Under the pieces are notes generated by a model. That model was not told the origin of the DNA and did not search any database. It saw only the letters and a program-made list of their open reading frames with translations. The position numbers and the translations under genes are program-made. From an uncultured Methylomirabilota bacterium (GTDB taxonomy: Bacteria; Methylomirabilota; Methylomirabilia; Methylomirabilales; 2-02-FULL-66-22), in NCBI GenBank assembly GCA_963705305.1, contig OY970067.1, forward strand, positions 1,568,001 through 1,632,000: a stretch of DNA of 64,000 nt, written 5' to 3'. Positions 10,770 through 20,659 of this stretch are shown here, one piece after another. How positions within the stretch are numbered: the first letter of the stretch is position 1; the number at the start of each line of letters is the position of its first letter.

Positions 10770-11465
10770 TCATGAGATCGCTCGGGCGATCAGGAAGGCC
10801 GCTCCCGCGGCCAGCCCGCCGATGAGCATCGTTTGAATGGAGCTCCGTACCGGAGCCGCCCCCGTGAAATGCCCTTTCACGTATCCGAATATGGCAAGGG
10901 CGAGCAGCGTGATGGCCACGGACGCCACGAGCGCCGTAGAGGCCTTCGGCTGGAAGATGTACGGCCCGAGAGGAATGAACCCACCACCGATGTACGCACC
11001 GGCGATCGTCACCGCGCTGCGTAGCGCGCGTTTCGGGTCCGGCTTCTCCAGCCCCAACTCAAATCGCATCATGAAGTCGACCCAGGCCATGGGGCGCTTC
11101 CGCATCGCGGCCACCACCGGCGTGGTCTCGTCCGCGGTCATGCCGTAGGTCGTCAGCACGTCGGCGACCTCCGCGGCTTCGGCGTCCGGTTTCTCCGTGA
11201 CCTCCATTTCCTCTCGGTTCCGTTCTGCCTGGTAGTGTTCGGCATCGCTCTTCGCGGCCAGATAGCCACCGAGCCCCATCGCTATGGAGCCTGCGGCGAT
11301 CTCGGCCAATCCCGCCGTCACGATGATCCGCGTGGTGTCAACCGCGCCCGACAGGCCCGCCGCAAGAGCAAACGGCACCGTCAAGCCATCCGCCATGCCA
11401 ATGACAATGTCGCGGACGGTTTCCGAGCCTGTGAAGTGGCCTTCGATATGCGGCGTCTGGGGCAT
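10770..11465 (-). CDS. VIT1/CCC1 family Fe/Mn transporter
   Basis: RDIVIGMADGL, AGSIAMGLGGYLA, MMRFELGL. Confidence 0.95.
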   Translation of the reverse strand: MPQTPHIEGHFTGSETVRDIVIGMADGLTVPFALAAGLSGAVDTTRIIVTAGLAEIAAGSIAMGLGGYLAAKSDAEHYQAERNREEMEVTEKPDAEAAEVADVLTTYGMTADETTPVVAAMRKRPMAWVDFMMRFELGLEKPDPKRALRSAVTIAGAYIGGGFIPLGPYIFQPKASTALVASVAITLLALAIFGYVKGHFTGAAPVRSSIQTMLIGGLAAGAAFLIARAIS

Positions 11466-11581
11466 GCCTGTCTCCGATCACGTCACGCTGATCTTCTGGG
11501 TTGGAGCTCCCTGGTAATTGATCTCAGGCGGCCACCGTCGCAACGTCTGCGCCTGCTGCAGCGCCTCCCGGCTCTTTTCGG

Positions 11582-12025
11582 TCATCCGATTTGGGTCCAT
11601 CCTCGGGCTTCCTCCTCGCGCCTGTGCATGTCGAGCACCACGTCCCCGGCCGGGGAGCGGCCGTCAGCTTCGGCCGGGAGTTCCGGCGGCGCCTCCGGAG
11701 CGCGGCTGAGCTCCTCCCGGAGGCGCTCGATCTCCCCCTCCATCGCCTCCAGCCGGCCCACGAGGTCCAGCACGATGCCTACGGCAACCAGGTCCACCCC
11801 GAGATCGCGACGCAGGCGGATCGCTTTGCGGAGGCGACCCACGGCCAGGACGGGGAACCGCCCAGTCGAGGCATTGCACTGCACCACGTCAACCTGGGTG
11901 TAGGCTTCCAGGGCGGCCGGAGGCAGGCCGCAGCGCAGGGCGAGGTCGTCTGCCGTGAGGTCGTCCGTCTCGTCCTCCACGATCGCCGCGATGTGAATCC
12001 GGATCTCGGCCTCATTGCACGCCAT
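11582..12025 (-). CDS. Chaperone modulator CbpM / MerR-like protein
   Basis: RLRKAIRLRRDLGVDLVAVGIVLDL; directly downstream of dnaJ; GAGGAGG RBS. Confidence 0.85.
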   Translation of the reverse strand: MACNEAEIRIHIAAIVEDETDDLTADDLALRCGLPPAALEAYTQVDVVQCNASTGRFPVLAVGRLRKAIRLRRDLGVDLVAVGIVLDLVGRLEAMEGEIERLREELSRAPEAPPELPAEADGRSPAGDVVLDMHRREEEARGWTQIG

Positions 12026-12069
12026 CAGCCTCCTCCTCTTCCCCCACGCTCCCGCACCCGCCGCGCCCG

Positions 12070-13071
12070 TCAGCGCCACTGGCGAGGGCTGTCCGGGGTC
12101 AGCCGGCCGACCTGTTCGAGCAGGCGGCGTTGCTCCTCCGTGAGCGTCGCCGGCAAGACGAGGCGGAGGCGCGCGTACAGGTCGCCCCGGCTCCCGTCTC
12201 GTCGGGCCAATCCCTTCTCGCGTAGCCGCAACCGCTGACCAGCCGAGGCGCCGGGGGACACCTTGAGCGTGACCGAGCCCTCCAGCGTCGGCACCTCCAC
12301 CTCCGTCCCCACGGCCGCCTCCCAGGGATACACCGGCAGGTCAATCTCGAGGTCGTCGCCGGAGATGCGGTACAGGCGGTGGGGCCGCACCCGCACCACG
12401 AGGTACAGGTCCCCAGCCGGGCCGCCGTTTCTCCCCGGCTCACCCTGACCGGCCAGGCGGAGCCGAGTGCCCCCTCGTGCGCCGGGGGGGATCTGGACTT
12501 CCAGCGTCCGTGGTTTCCCGATCTCTCCTTGCCCGTCACAGGCCTGGCAGGCCCGGTCCTTCGCGACGCCGGTTCCACCGCAGATCGGACAGTCCTCCGA
12601 GCCTTCGACCGTCACCGACCGGCGACCACCCCGGGTGGCCTCCTCCAGCTCCAGGCTCAGGTCGGTCTCGATGTCGCGGCCCGCGACCGGTTGGCGAGGG
12701 CGGCGTTGCCCTCGCGGGCGACCGAAGAGACTGGCAAAGAAGTCGCTGTAGGCGGCGCCATCCCCGCCGCCCAGGTCTCTGTATTCACCCCGTCCGTGGG
12801 GGGGCCCTTCCGAGGGCCGTGTGAAATCGCCCCCCGCCATCCCGTTCGGGCCGAGCTGGTTGTAGCGGGCCCGCTTGTCCGGGTCGGAAAGCACCGCGTG
12901 CGCCTCGTTGATCGCCTTGAACGCCTCCTCCGCCTGCGCTCGCGCTTTGCCGTGATGCAGGTCCGGATGGTGCTTCCGGGCCAGCCGGCGGTAGGCTGCC
13001 TTGATGGCGTCCGTTGAGGCGCCTCGGGACACGCCGAGCACCTCGTAGTAGTCGCGAAACTCGACCGGCAT
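12070..13071 (-). CDS. dnaJ: DnaJ/CbpA-type co-chaperone
   Basis: J-domain with HPD, two CxxCxGxG repeats, GDLY motifs in the C-terminal domain. Confidence 0.95.
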   Translation of the reverse strand: MPVEFRDYYEVLGVSRGASTDAIKAAYRRLARKHHPDLHHGKARAQAEEAFKAINEAHAVLSDPDKRARYNQLGPNGMAGGDFTRPSEGPPHGRGEYRDLGGGDGAAYSDFFASLFGRPRGQRRPRQPVAGRDIETDLSLELEEATRGGRRSVTVEGSEDCPICGGTGVAKDRACQACDGQGEIGKPRTLEVQIPPGARGGTRLRLAGQGEPGRNGGPAGDLYLVVRVRPHRLYRISGDDLEIDLPVYPWEAAVGTEVEVPTLEGSVTLKVSPGASAGQRLRLREKGLARRDGSRGDLYARLRLVLPATLTEEQRRLLEQVGRLTPDSPRQWR

Positions 13072-13079
13072 GGCGGTTC

Positions 13080-13643
13080 TTACCCCTCCCGCGCCCCAGG
13101 GCGCACCCCGTGCGACAGGCGGACCTCTCGCTCCCCGTCCTCCGGGGTCGACTGGGCCACCACGACCTGGGCCGGACGAAGGACTTCCCCGCCCAGAAGG
13201 AATCCCCGTCGGATCTCCGTCACGACAGTATCCGGCGGGTGGTCAATGGCTGGAACAGTCCCCACCGCCTCGTGGAGCCGCGGATCGAAAAGCGTCCCGA
13301 CGCCGGGGATGGGGACTGCGCCCAGGCTCGCCACAATCCGGCGGAGCTGCTCCGCGATCGCATCGACCCCCCGCAGGAAGGCGGGGTCGCTGGACCCGGC
13401 CGCCAGCGCGCGCTCCAGGTTGTCGTGCACCTCCAGGAGCGGTAGCAGAACCTCGCTCTGGCCCGCCCGGCGAGCGCCACCGGCCTCCCGTTCGGTCCGC
13501 CGGCGGAAATTCTCGAGGTCTGCCAGCGCCCGCAGTCGGCCCTGATGCTCGTCGGCTCTCGCCCGCTCCAACTCCGCGACACGCTGCTCCAGAGCGGGAA
13601 TGTCCGTATCTGTGGTTCTGGGGATGAGGGGAGCGTCCGCCAT
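13080..13643 (-). CDS. grpE: Nucleotide exchange factor GrpE
   Basis: ADLENFRRR, DNLERAL, FDPRLHEAV, VLRPAQVVV. Confidence 0.97.
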   Translation of the reverse strand: MADAPLIPRTTDTDIPALEQRVAELERARADEHQGRLRALADLENFRRRTEREAGGARRAGQSEVLLPLLEVHDNLERALAAGSSDPAFLRGVDAIAEQLRRIVASLGAVPIPGVGTLFDPRLHEAVGTVPAIDHPPDTVVTEIRRGFLLGGEVLRPAQVVVAQSTPEDGEREVRLSHGVRPGAREG

Positions 13644-13687
13644 GATGATTCTCCGGCAGACTCGCTGGGCTGACCCGGATCGCAGCC

Positions 13688-15550
13688 TCAGGCCACCTCA
13701 CGAAAGTCTGCATCTACAACATCGTTCTCGCCTTGCGGTGTCGCGTTCTGGGGGCGCCCGCGAGCCGTATCCAGCGCCGCGGCCGCTTGACGCAGGTCAT
13801 CGGCGAGGGTCCGGATCCGCGCGAGGTCCGCCCCCTCCTTCAGCGCGCGCCGGAGCTCGCTCACCAGCTGGTCGAGGCGGGCCTTCTCGTGCACGGGTAA
13901 CTGGCCCCCAACATCGCCCAGGCGTTGCCCCACCTGGTACGCCAGGGCATCAGCGGCGTTGCGGGTCTCTGCCTCCTCCCGTCGCTTGCGGTCCTCAGCC
14001 GCATGCGCCTCGGCCTCACGGAGCAACCGCTCGATCTCTTTCTTCCCCATCTGGGCGGTCCCAGTCACCGTGATCTGCTGCACCTTCCCGGTGCCGAGGT
14101 CCTTGGCGGATACGCTGACGATCCCGTTGGCGTCAATGTCGAAGGCCACCTCGATCTGCGGGCCTCCCCGGGCAGCCGGCGGGATCCCCTCCAAACGGAA
14201 CTGGCCCAGCGTACGGTTATCCCGCGCCAGCTCCCGCTCGCCCTGCAGCACGTGGATGTCCACGGCGGTCTGGTTGTCATCCGCCGTGGAGAAGGTCTGG
14301 CTCCGCCGCACCGGGATGGTGGTGTTCCGCTCCACCAGCTTCGTCAGCAGGCCTCCCAGGGTCTCCACCCCCAGGGACAGCGGCGTCACGTCCAACAGCA
14401 CCACATCCTTCATCTCGCCCGCCAGCACCGCCGCCTGAATGGCGGCACCCACCGCGACGACCTCGTCGGGGTTGACCCCCTGATGCGGCTCCTTGCCCTG
14501 CGTCAGCTTGCGCACCAAGGCCTGAACGGCCGGGGTCCGGGTCGCGCCCCCCACCAAGATCACCTCGTCGAGGTCCTGTGCGGCCAGCTTCGCGTCCGCC
14601 AGGGCCCGCTCGAAGGGCACCCGGCACCGCTCGACGAGGTCGGCCGTGAGCGCGTCGAACTTCGCGCGGGTCAGTTTCATCTCCAGATGCTTCGGCCCGG
14701 CGGCATCGGCCGTGATGAAAGGCAAACTGAAGGTGGTTTCCGGAACCGCGGACAGCTCGATCTTGGCCTTCTCCGCCGCCTCGATCAGTCGCTGCAACGC
14801 TTGGCGGTCCTTCCGGAGATCGATCCCTTGATCTCGCTGAAACTCCTCGGCGGTCCAGTCCACGATCCGCTTGTCGAAGTCATCGCCACCCAAGTGGGTA
14901 TCGCCGTTGGTGGCTTTCACTTCAAAGACCCCGTCGCCCACGTCCAGGATGGAGACGTCGAACGTCCCGCCCCCCAGGTCGAAGACCAGGATCGTCTCGT
15001 TCTTCTGCTTGTCCAACCCGTAGGCCAGCGCGGCAGCCGTCGGCTCGTTGATGATCCGGAGGACATTCAATCCGGCGATTTTTCCCGCGTCCTTGGTAGC
15101 CTGCCGCTGAGCATCGTTGAAGTAGGCCGGCACGGTGATGACGACGTCCTTCACCTTCTCGCCGAGGTATCGGGAGGCGTCGTCGACGAGCGCGCGCAGG
15201 ACCATGGCGGCGATTTCTTCCGGGGGGTATTCCTTGCCCCCAGCGCGCACCCGGACTGCCTCGCCCGGTCCGGCAACCACCCGGTACGGGACCAGCTTTG
15301 CCTCCGCGGGGATCTCCCCGAACAGCCGCCCGATGAAGCGCTTGATCGAATAGATCGTGTTCTCCGGATTCAGGACGGCCTGGCGCTTGGCGAGCTGCCC
15401 CACCAGCCGCTGCCCATCCTTTGCGAAAGCGACCACGGAAGGTGTCAGCCGGTTCCCTTCGGCGTTCACGATCACCATCGGCTTCCCGCCCTCCACCACC
15501 GCCACGACGGAATTGGTGGTCCCGAAATCAATCCCGACCGATTTGGCCAT
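13688..15550 (-). CDS. dnaK: Hsp70 chaperone DnaK
   Basis: [35 protein letters not shown] tail. Confidence 0.99.
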   Translation of the reverse strand: MAKSVGIDFGTTNSVVAVVEGGKPMVIVNAEGNRLTPSVVAFAKDGQRLVGQLAKRQAVLNPENTIYSIKRFIGRLFGEIPAEAKLVPYRVVAGPGEAVRVRAGGKEYPPEEIAAMVLRALVDDASRYLGEKVKDVVITVPAYFNDAQRQATKDAGKIAGLNVLRIINEPTAAALAYGLDKQKNETILVFDLGGGTFDVSILDVGDGVFEVKATNGDTHLGGDDFDKRIVDWTAEEFQRDQGIDLRKDRQALQRLIEAAEKAKIELSAVPETTFSLPFITADAAGPKHLEMKLTRAKFDALTADLVERCRVPFERALADAKLAAQDLDEVILVGGATRTPAVQALVRKLTQGKEPHQGVNPDEVVAVGAAIQAAVLAGEMKDVVLLDVTPLSLGVETLGGLLTKLVERNTTIPVRRSQTFSTADDNQTAVDIHVLQGERELARDNRTLGQFRLEGIPPAARGGPQIEVAFDIDANGIVSVSAKDLGTGKVQQITVTGTAQMGKKEIERLLREAEAHAAEDRKRREEAETRNAADALAYQVGQRLGDVGGQLPVHEKARLDQLVSELRRALKEGADLARIRTLADDLRQAAAALDTARGRPQNATPQGENDVVDADFREVA

Positions 15551-15740
15551 CTCGGCCCTCCTCTCCTCAAAGGTACCCGCGAGCGTTCAAAGGCTCGGGT
15601 CGCCAAAAGAGCCCGCCGTCGATGGCGATCACCAACGGGGCGGCCTGAACCCAGTCAGCTCTTCGACGCGCGCGCGAACCGTGCCTCCCTCCAACCAATA
15701 CGTTCCCCTGCGTGCGGATCTCGTGGCCGCGGCATCCGTC

Positions 15741-15878
15741 TTACCGGGACTCCGGCCGGCCGACGGCCACCGGCACCACCGCCATGGGGAAGATCACGGT
15801 CCCCCGCAGTGGCAGCACCGGGAGCGCACCCGGGATCGTGGGGCTGCTCGTCTAGGGATCCGAGTTCTCCGGGCTCAT
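15741..15878 (-). pseudogene. Lon protease N-terminal remnant
   Basis: MSPENSDP*TSSPTIPGALPVLPLRGTVIFPMAVVPVAVGRPESR*: Lon N-domain motif with in-frame stops. Confidence 0.8.
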
Positions 15879-15916
15879 GACCTGCGCTGCACCCTCTTTC
15901 AGCCCGTTTGTGCTCG

Positions 15917-15987
15917 TGTTCGGCATCGCTCTTCGCGGCGAGATACCCACCGAGTCCCATCGCGATGGATCCTGCGGCGATCTCGGC
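15917..15987 (-). pseudogene. Internal fragment of a VIT1/CCC1 gene
   Basis: AEIAAGSIAMGLGGYLAAKSDAEH, nearly identical to 11235-11307. Confidence 0.85.
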
Positions 15988-16051
15988 CGGCCCCGCCGAG
16001 ATGCACGGCCAGAGCGGGGCGACCCTTTCTCGGATCGGCCGAACGCCCCCT

Positions 16052-16388
16052 TCACAACCTCACCATCCGATAGAACATCCTCTTTGCCACCTCCGCCGAG
16101 ACAATGTATGCGATGATGACTCCCCCGATGAGCCCGAAATAGGAAATCGGCAGCTGGCGAAAGCCAAACACCGGTCCGAGCGGGGTGAAGGGGAAGATCA
16201 CCGTTGCGAGGAGAACGAAGAGCGTGGCCATGAACAGACTTGTCGACGGTCGACTCCTGAAGAAGGGCTTCCGACTTCGAATCACAAGCACAATCAACGC
16301 CGCCGACATAACGGACTCCATAAACCAGGCGGTCCGGAATTGATCCGGCGTCGCGTGCAGGATGAGCAACAGGACGCCAAAGGTGAGG
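16052..16388 (-). pseudogene. C-terminal fragment of a Mg2+-transporting P-type ATPase (MgtA-like)
   Basis: LTFGVLL..FRTAWFMES..VIRSRKPFFRSRPS..PFTPLGPVFGF..AEVAKRMFY; most of the gene is missing. Confidence 0.85.
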
Positions 16389-16424
16389 CCGCCGCAACGA
16401 GGGGCTCGGTGACTCTGATGAGGA

Positions 16425-16763
16425 TCAGGAGCTCCCGCTCCGCCTCGGCATGCGCCAGCGCTGCAGCCGGCTGCCTGTGCGTCTGGTGACCGTATCGAAG
16501 TGAATCACGGGCTGCTTTTGCGACAGCTCGATCGCCGCCAGGACGGCGCGATAATCCTCGGAGCGTAAGCGGAGGAGCAGATCGGCCTGCGATTCCCACT
16601 CCTCAACCAGAGTAATGGCTTCTGAGTTTTCGACATCCTGGTAGAGGTCACACTTGCGGCAGCCCGGGAGCACACGCGTCGGCTCCAACTGGGCGGCGAG
16701 CGTCCGGACCACCTCGCCCCGGGACTGGGGCGCCGTCACGATTCGGAGGGTGGAAATAAGCAT
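16425..16763 (-). CDS. ABM (antibiotic biosynthesis monooxygenase-like) protein, 3' end replaced; paralog of 19910-20251
   Basis: TRVLPGCRKCDLYQD..LVEEWES; similarity to the paralog ends at FDTVTRR. Confidence 0.8.
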   Translation of the reverse strand: MLISTLRIVTAPQSRGEVVRTLAAQLEPTRVLPGCRKCDLYQDVENSEAITLVEEWESQADLLLRLRSEDYRAVLAAIELSQKQPVIHFDTVTRRTGSRLQRWRMPRRSGSS

Positions 16764-16778
16764 AGTCACTCTCCTTCC

Positions 16779-17075
16779 TCAGCTCGCCGGGGGATTGTCT
16801 TTATCGCTCCCGGAGCCGAAAGGCCGAGGGCAATCCCCGTGGAGTCCAAGACGTCTCGTCCACTCAGGCGCTGGGGGACGCACTCTCATGTTCACGGCCC
16901 GCGGTCCCTTGTCTCCCAACTCGACATCGAACTCAACGGCCTGCCCTTCCGCCAGGGTGTCGAATCCTCCCCCCTGGACGGCAGACCGGTGAAAGAAGAG
17001 CTCGAAGCCGTCCCATCCCTGGACGAACCCAAAATCTCGCTCCCGGACCAGCCTCCTGACCGTACCCGTTGCCAT
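16779..17075 (-). CDS. csp: Cold-shock domain protein with C-terminal extension
   Basis: MATGTVRRLVRERDFGFV..LFFHRS..KGPRAVN; paralog of 1184-1396. Confidence 0.9.
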   Translation of the reverse strand: MATGTVRRLVRERDFGFVQGWDGFELFFHRSAVQGGGFDTLAEGQAVEFDVELGDKGPRAVNMRVRPPAPEWTRRLGLHGDCPRPFGSGSDKDNPPAS

Positions 17076-17157
17076 TGTTGCTACTCCTCCCCGAACATCC
17101 GTCCGGATCTCATCGCGTTTCCACCCCCGATTCACCCCGATGCTCTGCGTATCTGCT

Positions 17158-19038
17158 TCACGCCTCCCGCTCCCGGCCGCCCTCTTTGGCTGGCTTCGCG
17201 CCGGCCAGCAGGGTTTGCAGCTCCTCCCCGTCCACCACCTCCTTCTCCAGCAATCGGTGCGCGAGCTGCTCGAGGAGGCTCCGCTGGTCCGTGAGGAGGG
17301 CCCCCACCTTCACGTGCGCCTCGGTGAGGATGCGGCTGGCCTCGGCGTCGAGGAGCCGCGCCGTCTCCTCGCTGTGCTCGCGCGGCGGGGCCAGGCCCGG
17401 GAGGAGGCCCGGCCGGCCATCGCCGTCGAAGGTCATCAAACCGACCTTCTCGCTCATCCCGTACTGGCCCACCATGTGCCGGACGAGATCGGTGGCCCGC
17501 TGGAGGTCGTTCTGGGCACCGGTCGAGACATCGCCAAAGATGATCTCCTCCGCCGTCCGGCCGCCCAGGAGGACGCACAGCCGGTTGAACAGCTCGGAGC
17601 GGGTCATCAGGTACCGGTCCTCCGTGGGGAGCTGCTGCGTGTAGCCTAAGGCTGCGATTCCTCTCGAGACGATCGAGATCTTCGCCACCGGGTCGGTCCC
17701 GGGCAGGCACGCCGCCGCCACCGCGTGCCCGGCCTCGTGGGTGGCCACGATCTCCCGCTCCCTCCCGCTCATCACCCGGGTCTTCTTCAGCCCGGCGACC
17801 ACCCGGTCGATGGCCTCCTCGAAGTCGGCCCGTCCGACCGCCGCCTTGCCCTGCCGGGCGGCCAGGAGGGCGGCCTCGTTCACGATGTTCGCCAGGTCCG
17901 CGCCCACAAAGCCGGAGGTCTGGGCGGCGAGGGCGGCCAGATCGACCTCCGGGGCCACCGTCACCCCCTTGGTGTGGACCAGGAGGATGGCCTCTCGCCC
18001 CTTCCGGTCCGGCCGGTCCACCAGGACCTGGCGGTCGAATCGGCCGGGCCGGAGCAGCGCCGGGTCCAGGATCTCCGGTCGGTTCGTGGCCGCCATGATG
18101 ATGACGCCCTTGTTGGTTTCGAACCCGTCCATTTCCACGAGGAGCTGGTTGAGCGTCTGCTCCCGCTCGTCGTGGCCGCCCAGGGGATTCATCCCCCGCG
18201 CCTTGCCCAGGGCATCCAGCTCGTCGATGAAGATGATGCTCGGCGCATGCTGCACCGCCTGGGCAAACAGATCCCTGACCCGTGCGGCGCCGACCCCAAC
18301 GAACATCTCGACGAAGTCCGAGCCGCTGAGGCTAAAAAACGGGACCTTGGCTTCGCCCGCCACGGCCTTCGCCAGCAGGGTCTTGCCCGTCCCGGGGACG
18401 CCGATCAGCAGGACCCCCTTCGGGATCTTCCCGCCCAGCCGCTGGAAGCGCTCCGGCGTCTTCAGGAACTCGACGACTTCGACCAGCTCGGCCTTGGCCT
18501 CCTCAATCCCCGCGACGTCGCCGAAGGTCACCCCCGTATCCTTCTGGACATAGACCTTGGCCTTGCTCTTCCCGATGGCCATGAGTCCGCCCAGTCCGCC
18601 GCCCCCGCCCATCTTCTTCATGGCGTACTGCCAGATGAGGAAGAAGAGCCCAATGGGGAGGAGCCAGCTCAGCAGCGTCGGGAGCCACGTGTTCGTCGCC
18701 TCGCCGCGGAAGTTCACATTGGCCTGCTGCAGGTCGTGAACAAGCGCGGGGTCGTCCACCCGGACCGTCATGAAGGGCTCCTCACCCGTCCCGGACTTGG
18801 TCAAGGCGTCGATGCGGGCCTTGGGGAGCAGCCCCGCGAGCCCGTCCCGGTTCAGGCGCCCCGTGATGATCTTCGCGCCGATCGCCACGTCGCTGATCTT
18901 CCCCTTCTCCAGCAGCGTCGTGAACTCGCCGTAGGTGAGGGTGTCGACGTGCGGCGCAAAGACGTAGTCCTGCAGCGCCATCAGGAGAAGGAACACGGCC
19001 AGAAAGTACCAGAGGGAGGCGATGTGCTTCTTGTCCAT
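17158..19038 (-). CDS. ftsH: ATP-dependent zinc metalloprotease FtsH
   Basis: Two TMs, Walker [24 protein letters not shown]. Confidence 0.98.
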   Translation of the reverse strand: MDKKHIASLWYFLAVFLLLMALQDYVFAPHVDTLTYGEFTTLLEKGKISDVAIGAKIITGRLNRDGLAGLLPKARIDALTKSGTGEEPFMTVRVDDPALVHDLQQANVNFRGEATNTWLPTLLSWLLPIGLFFLIWQYAMKKMGGGGGLGGLMAIGKSKAKVYVQKDTGVTFGDVAGIEEAKAELVEVVEFLKTPERFQRLGGKIPKGVLLIGVPGTGKTLLAKAVAGEAKVPFFSLSGSDFVEMFVGVGAARVRDLFAQAVQHAPSIIFIDELDALGKARGMNPLGGHDEREQTLNQLLVEMDGFETNKGVIIMAATNRPEILDPALLRPGRFDRQVLVDRPDRKGREAILLVHTKGVTVAPEVDLAALAAQTSGFVGADLANIVNEAALLAARQGKAAVGRADFEEAIDRVVAGLKKTRVMSGREREIVATHEAGHAVAAACLPGTDPVAKISIVSRGIAALGYTQQLPTEDRYLMTRSELFNRLCVLLGGRTAEEIIFGDVSTGAQNDLQRATDLVRHMVGQYGMSEKVGLMTFDGDGRPGLLPGLAPPREHSEETARLLDAEASRILTEAHVKVGALLTDQRSLLEQLAHRLLEKEVVDGEELQTLLAGAKPAKEGGREREA

Positions 19039-19044
19039 GGCGTC

Positions 19045-19407
19045 CTATCCCTCCAGGAGGGCGTGTCCAGTCCGTTGCGCCATCCGGTGGCGGCAGACCA
19101 CGGCCTCGGGCTCCACCACGCAGACGCCGCCGCTTTCGGAGCAGTGCCGGCAGGAGAGATTCAACGGGTGGAAGTACCAGTAGCGCACCTCGACCCGGCC
19201 GTGGTGCCCGTCGGGGCAGAGATGGAAGAGGGGATCGGCCGCCAGCGCGGCGTCGGCGTCGCGCATCGCCAGGCCGGCGATCGCCAGCGTGGGCCACCGG
19301 CAGGGGGAGGGCGCGGTCTCCTTCAGGTTCTCGAGGGGGTCCGCCTCCCTCGGAATGACGGCGGTGCCGGGGCCGCTGCTCGGTTCGGTCTCACGTATCC
19401 TATCCAT
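19045..19407 (-). CDS. Cys/His-rich hypothetical protein
   Basis: GGAGG RBS, overlaps upstream gene end, CPDGHHG / CRHC / CRH motifs. Confidence 0.6.
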   Translation of the reverse strand: MDRIRETEPSSGPGTAVIPREADPLENLKETAPSPCRWPTLAIAGLAMRDADAALAADPLFHLCPDGHHGRVEVRYWYFHPLNLSCRHCSESGGVCVVEPEAVVCRHRMAQRTGHALLEG

Positions 19408-19696
19408 GTCCCGCCTCCATCTTCTGGTCTGTGCCGACTTTCGAGGGGGCCTGCGCCGCGAGGGGAGCCCTGCCGCTCCTCTCATGGTCTCTCTTCGCCG
19501 CCTCCTGGTAGGATTTCGAGCGATGGTCAGTGGTGTAGAAGCCCGACCCCTTGAAGAGGAGCCCGGCGCCTGCGCTGATCAGGCGGTCCACCTTCTTCCT
19601 GCAGTGCGGGCACCGCGTGAGCGGAGATGCCATGATACTCTGGAAGGCATCGAACCGACGCCCACAGGAGCGGCATTGATACTCATAGGTCGGCAT
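19400..19696 (-). CDS. FmdB-family zinc-ribbon protein
   Basis: MPTYEYQCRSC..CPHC..FKGSGFYTTD. Confidence 0.93.
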   Translation of the reverse strand: MPTYEYQCRSCGRRFDAFQSIMASPLTRCPHCRKKVDRLISAGAGLLFKGSGFYTTDHRSKSYQEAAKRDHERSGRAPLAAQAPSKVGTDQKMEAGHG

Positions 19697-19909
19697 TTAT
19701 CCGTTCTCCCGTAACTCCCCCCAGAGGTCGAGCCACCGCCCCGCCATCCGACACACTGAGGCGTGAGGGTCTCCCTCCTCGCTCCCCTGTGTGCCACGCT
19801 CCTCATCCTCCGGGCGATCTCTGTCTTCCGGGCGGTCGGCCTAGATCGTGGTACGCACTTCCTCCCCCCACTCGTTCGAGGGGTCTTCCTCACCACGTCG
19901 GCCGGGTCC

Positions 19910-20251
19910 TCACCGTGCCGCTTCGCGCCGCAACCCTCGGGCCCACTCGATCACCTCCAAGCCCGCGCGTCTGGCGACCGTGTCGAAATGGATCACGGGT
20001 GGCTTTTGCGCTAGCTCGATCGCCGCCAGGACGGCACAGGAACTTTCGGAGCCTAAGCGGAGGCGCAGATCAGCCTCGGATTTCCACTCCTCCACCAGCG
20101 TGATCGCCCCCTGGTTCTCGATATCGCGGTAGAGATCGCACCGGAGGCAGCCCGGTTGCCCCCGCGTTGGTCCCAGTTGCGCGGTAAGCGTCTGGACCAC
20201 CTCGGCCCGGGAGTGGGGTGCCGTGAGGATTCGCAGGGTGGAAATGACCAT
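19910..20251 (-). CDS. ABM-domain protein
   Basis: TRGQPGCLRCDLYRD..LVEEWKS; first gene after the sigma54 promoter at 20320. Confidence 0.85.
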   Translation of the reverse strand: MVISTLRILTAPHSRAEVVQTLTAQLGPTRGQPGCLRCDLYRDIENQGAITLVEEWKSEADLRLRLGSESSCAVLAAIELAQKPPVIHFDTVARRAGLEVIEWARGLRREAAR

Positions 20252-20319
20252 GGCCACAGTCGTTCCCTTTCGCTTGGATTGCCTCTCGGATGGAATCTCG
20301 CGTCCCTGTGGGATGGAAG

Positions 20320-20469
20320 ATGCAACAACAGATCCACACCAGGCGTCGGGGGAGCAGAGAAGGACTGTGCCCTTCGAAATCAATGAGTTCGCGACGATGC
20401 TGTGGCGGGACTCGAGGGGCCGGGCCGGTGGGAAACACCCGAGATATCGGAGCGGCTCCGACAGGTCGG
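20320..20469 (-). promoter_or_regulatory. sigma54 promoter cassette copy 3
   Basis: Minus-strand TGGATCTGTTGTTGCAT (20320-20336); AATCAAtgagTTC at 20378; CCGAgataTCGG-agcggct-CCGAcaggTCGG at 20439-20469. Confidence 0.88.
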
Positions 20470-20553
20470 AGGGGGAGCGGCACGTCGCGTTAGCGAGCGC
20501 AGCCTGCCCGCCAGAGGACGTCTCTTCCCGCTCTTCAAGGAACGGAGACTTGG

Positions 20554-20579
20554 CCCTTCGACAGGCTCAGGGCGAACGG
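20554..20579 (+). repeat. REP-like interspersed element
   Basis: CCCTTCGACAGGCTCAGGGCGAACGG; related copy CCCTTCGACTGGCTCAGGGCG at 59176-59196. Confidence 0.6.
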
Positions 20580-20659
20580 AATCGTAGGTGGCCTGCCCCC
20601 ACTAATTGATCCAACCGCATGGTAGTTCACACCGAACCATTGGAGGCGGGGCCAGCCGC

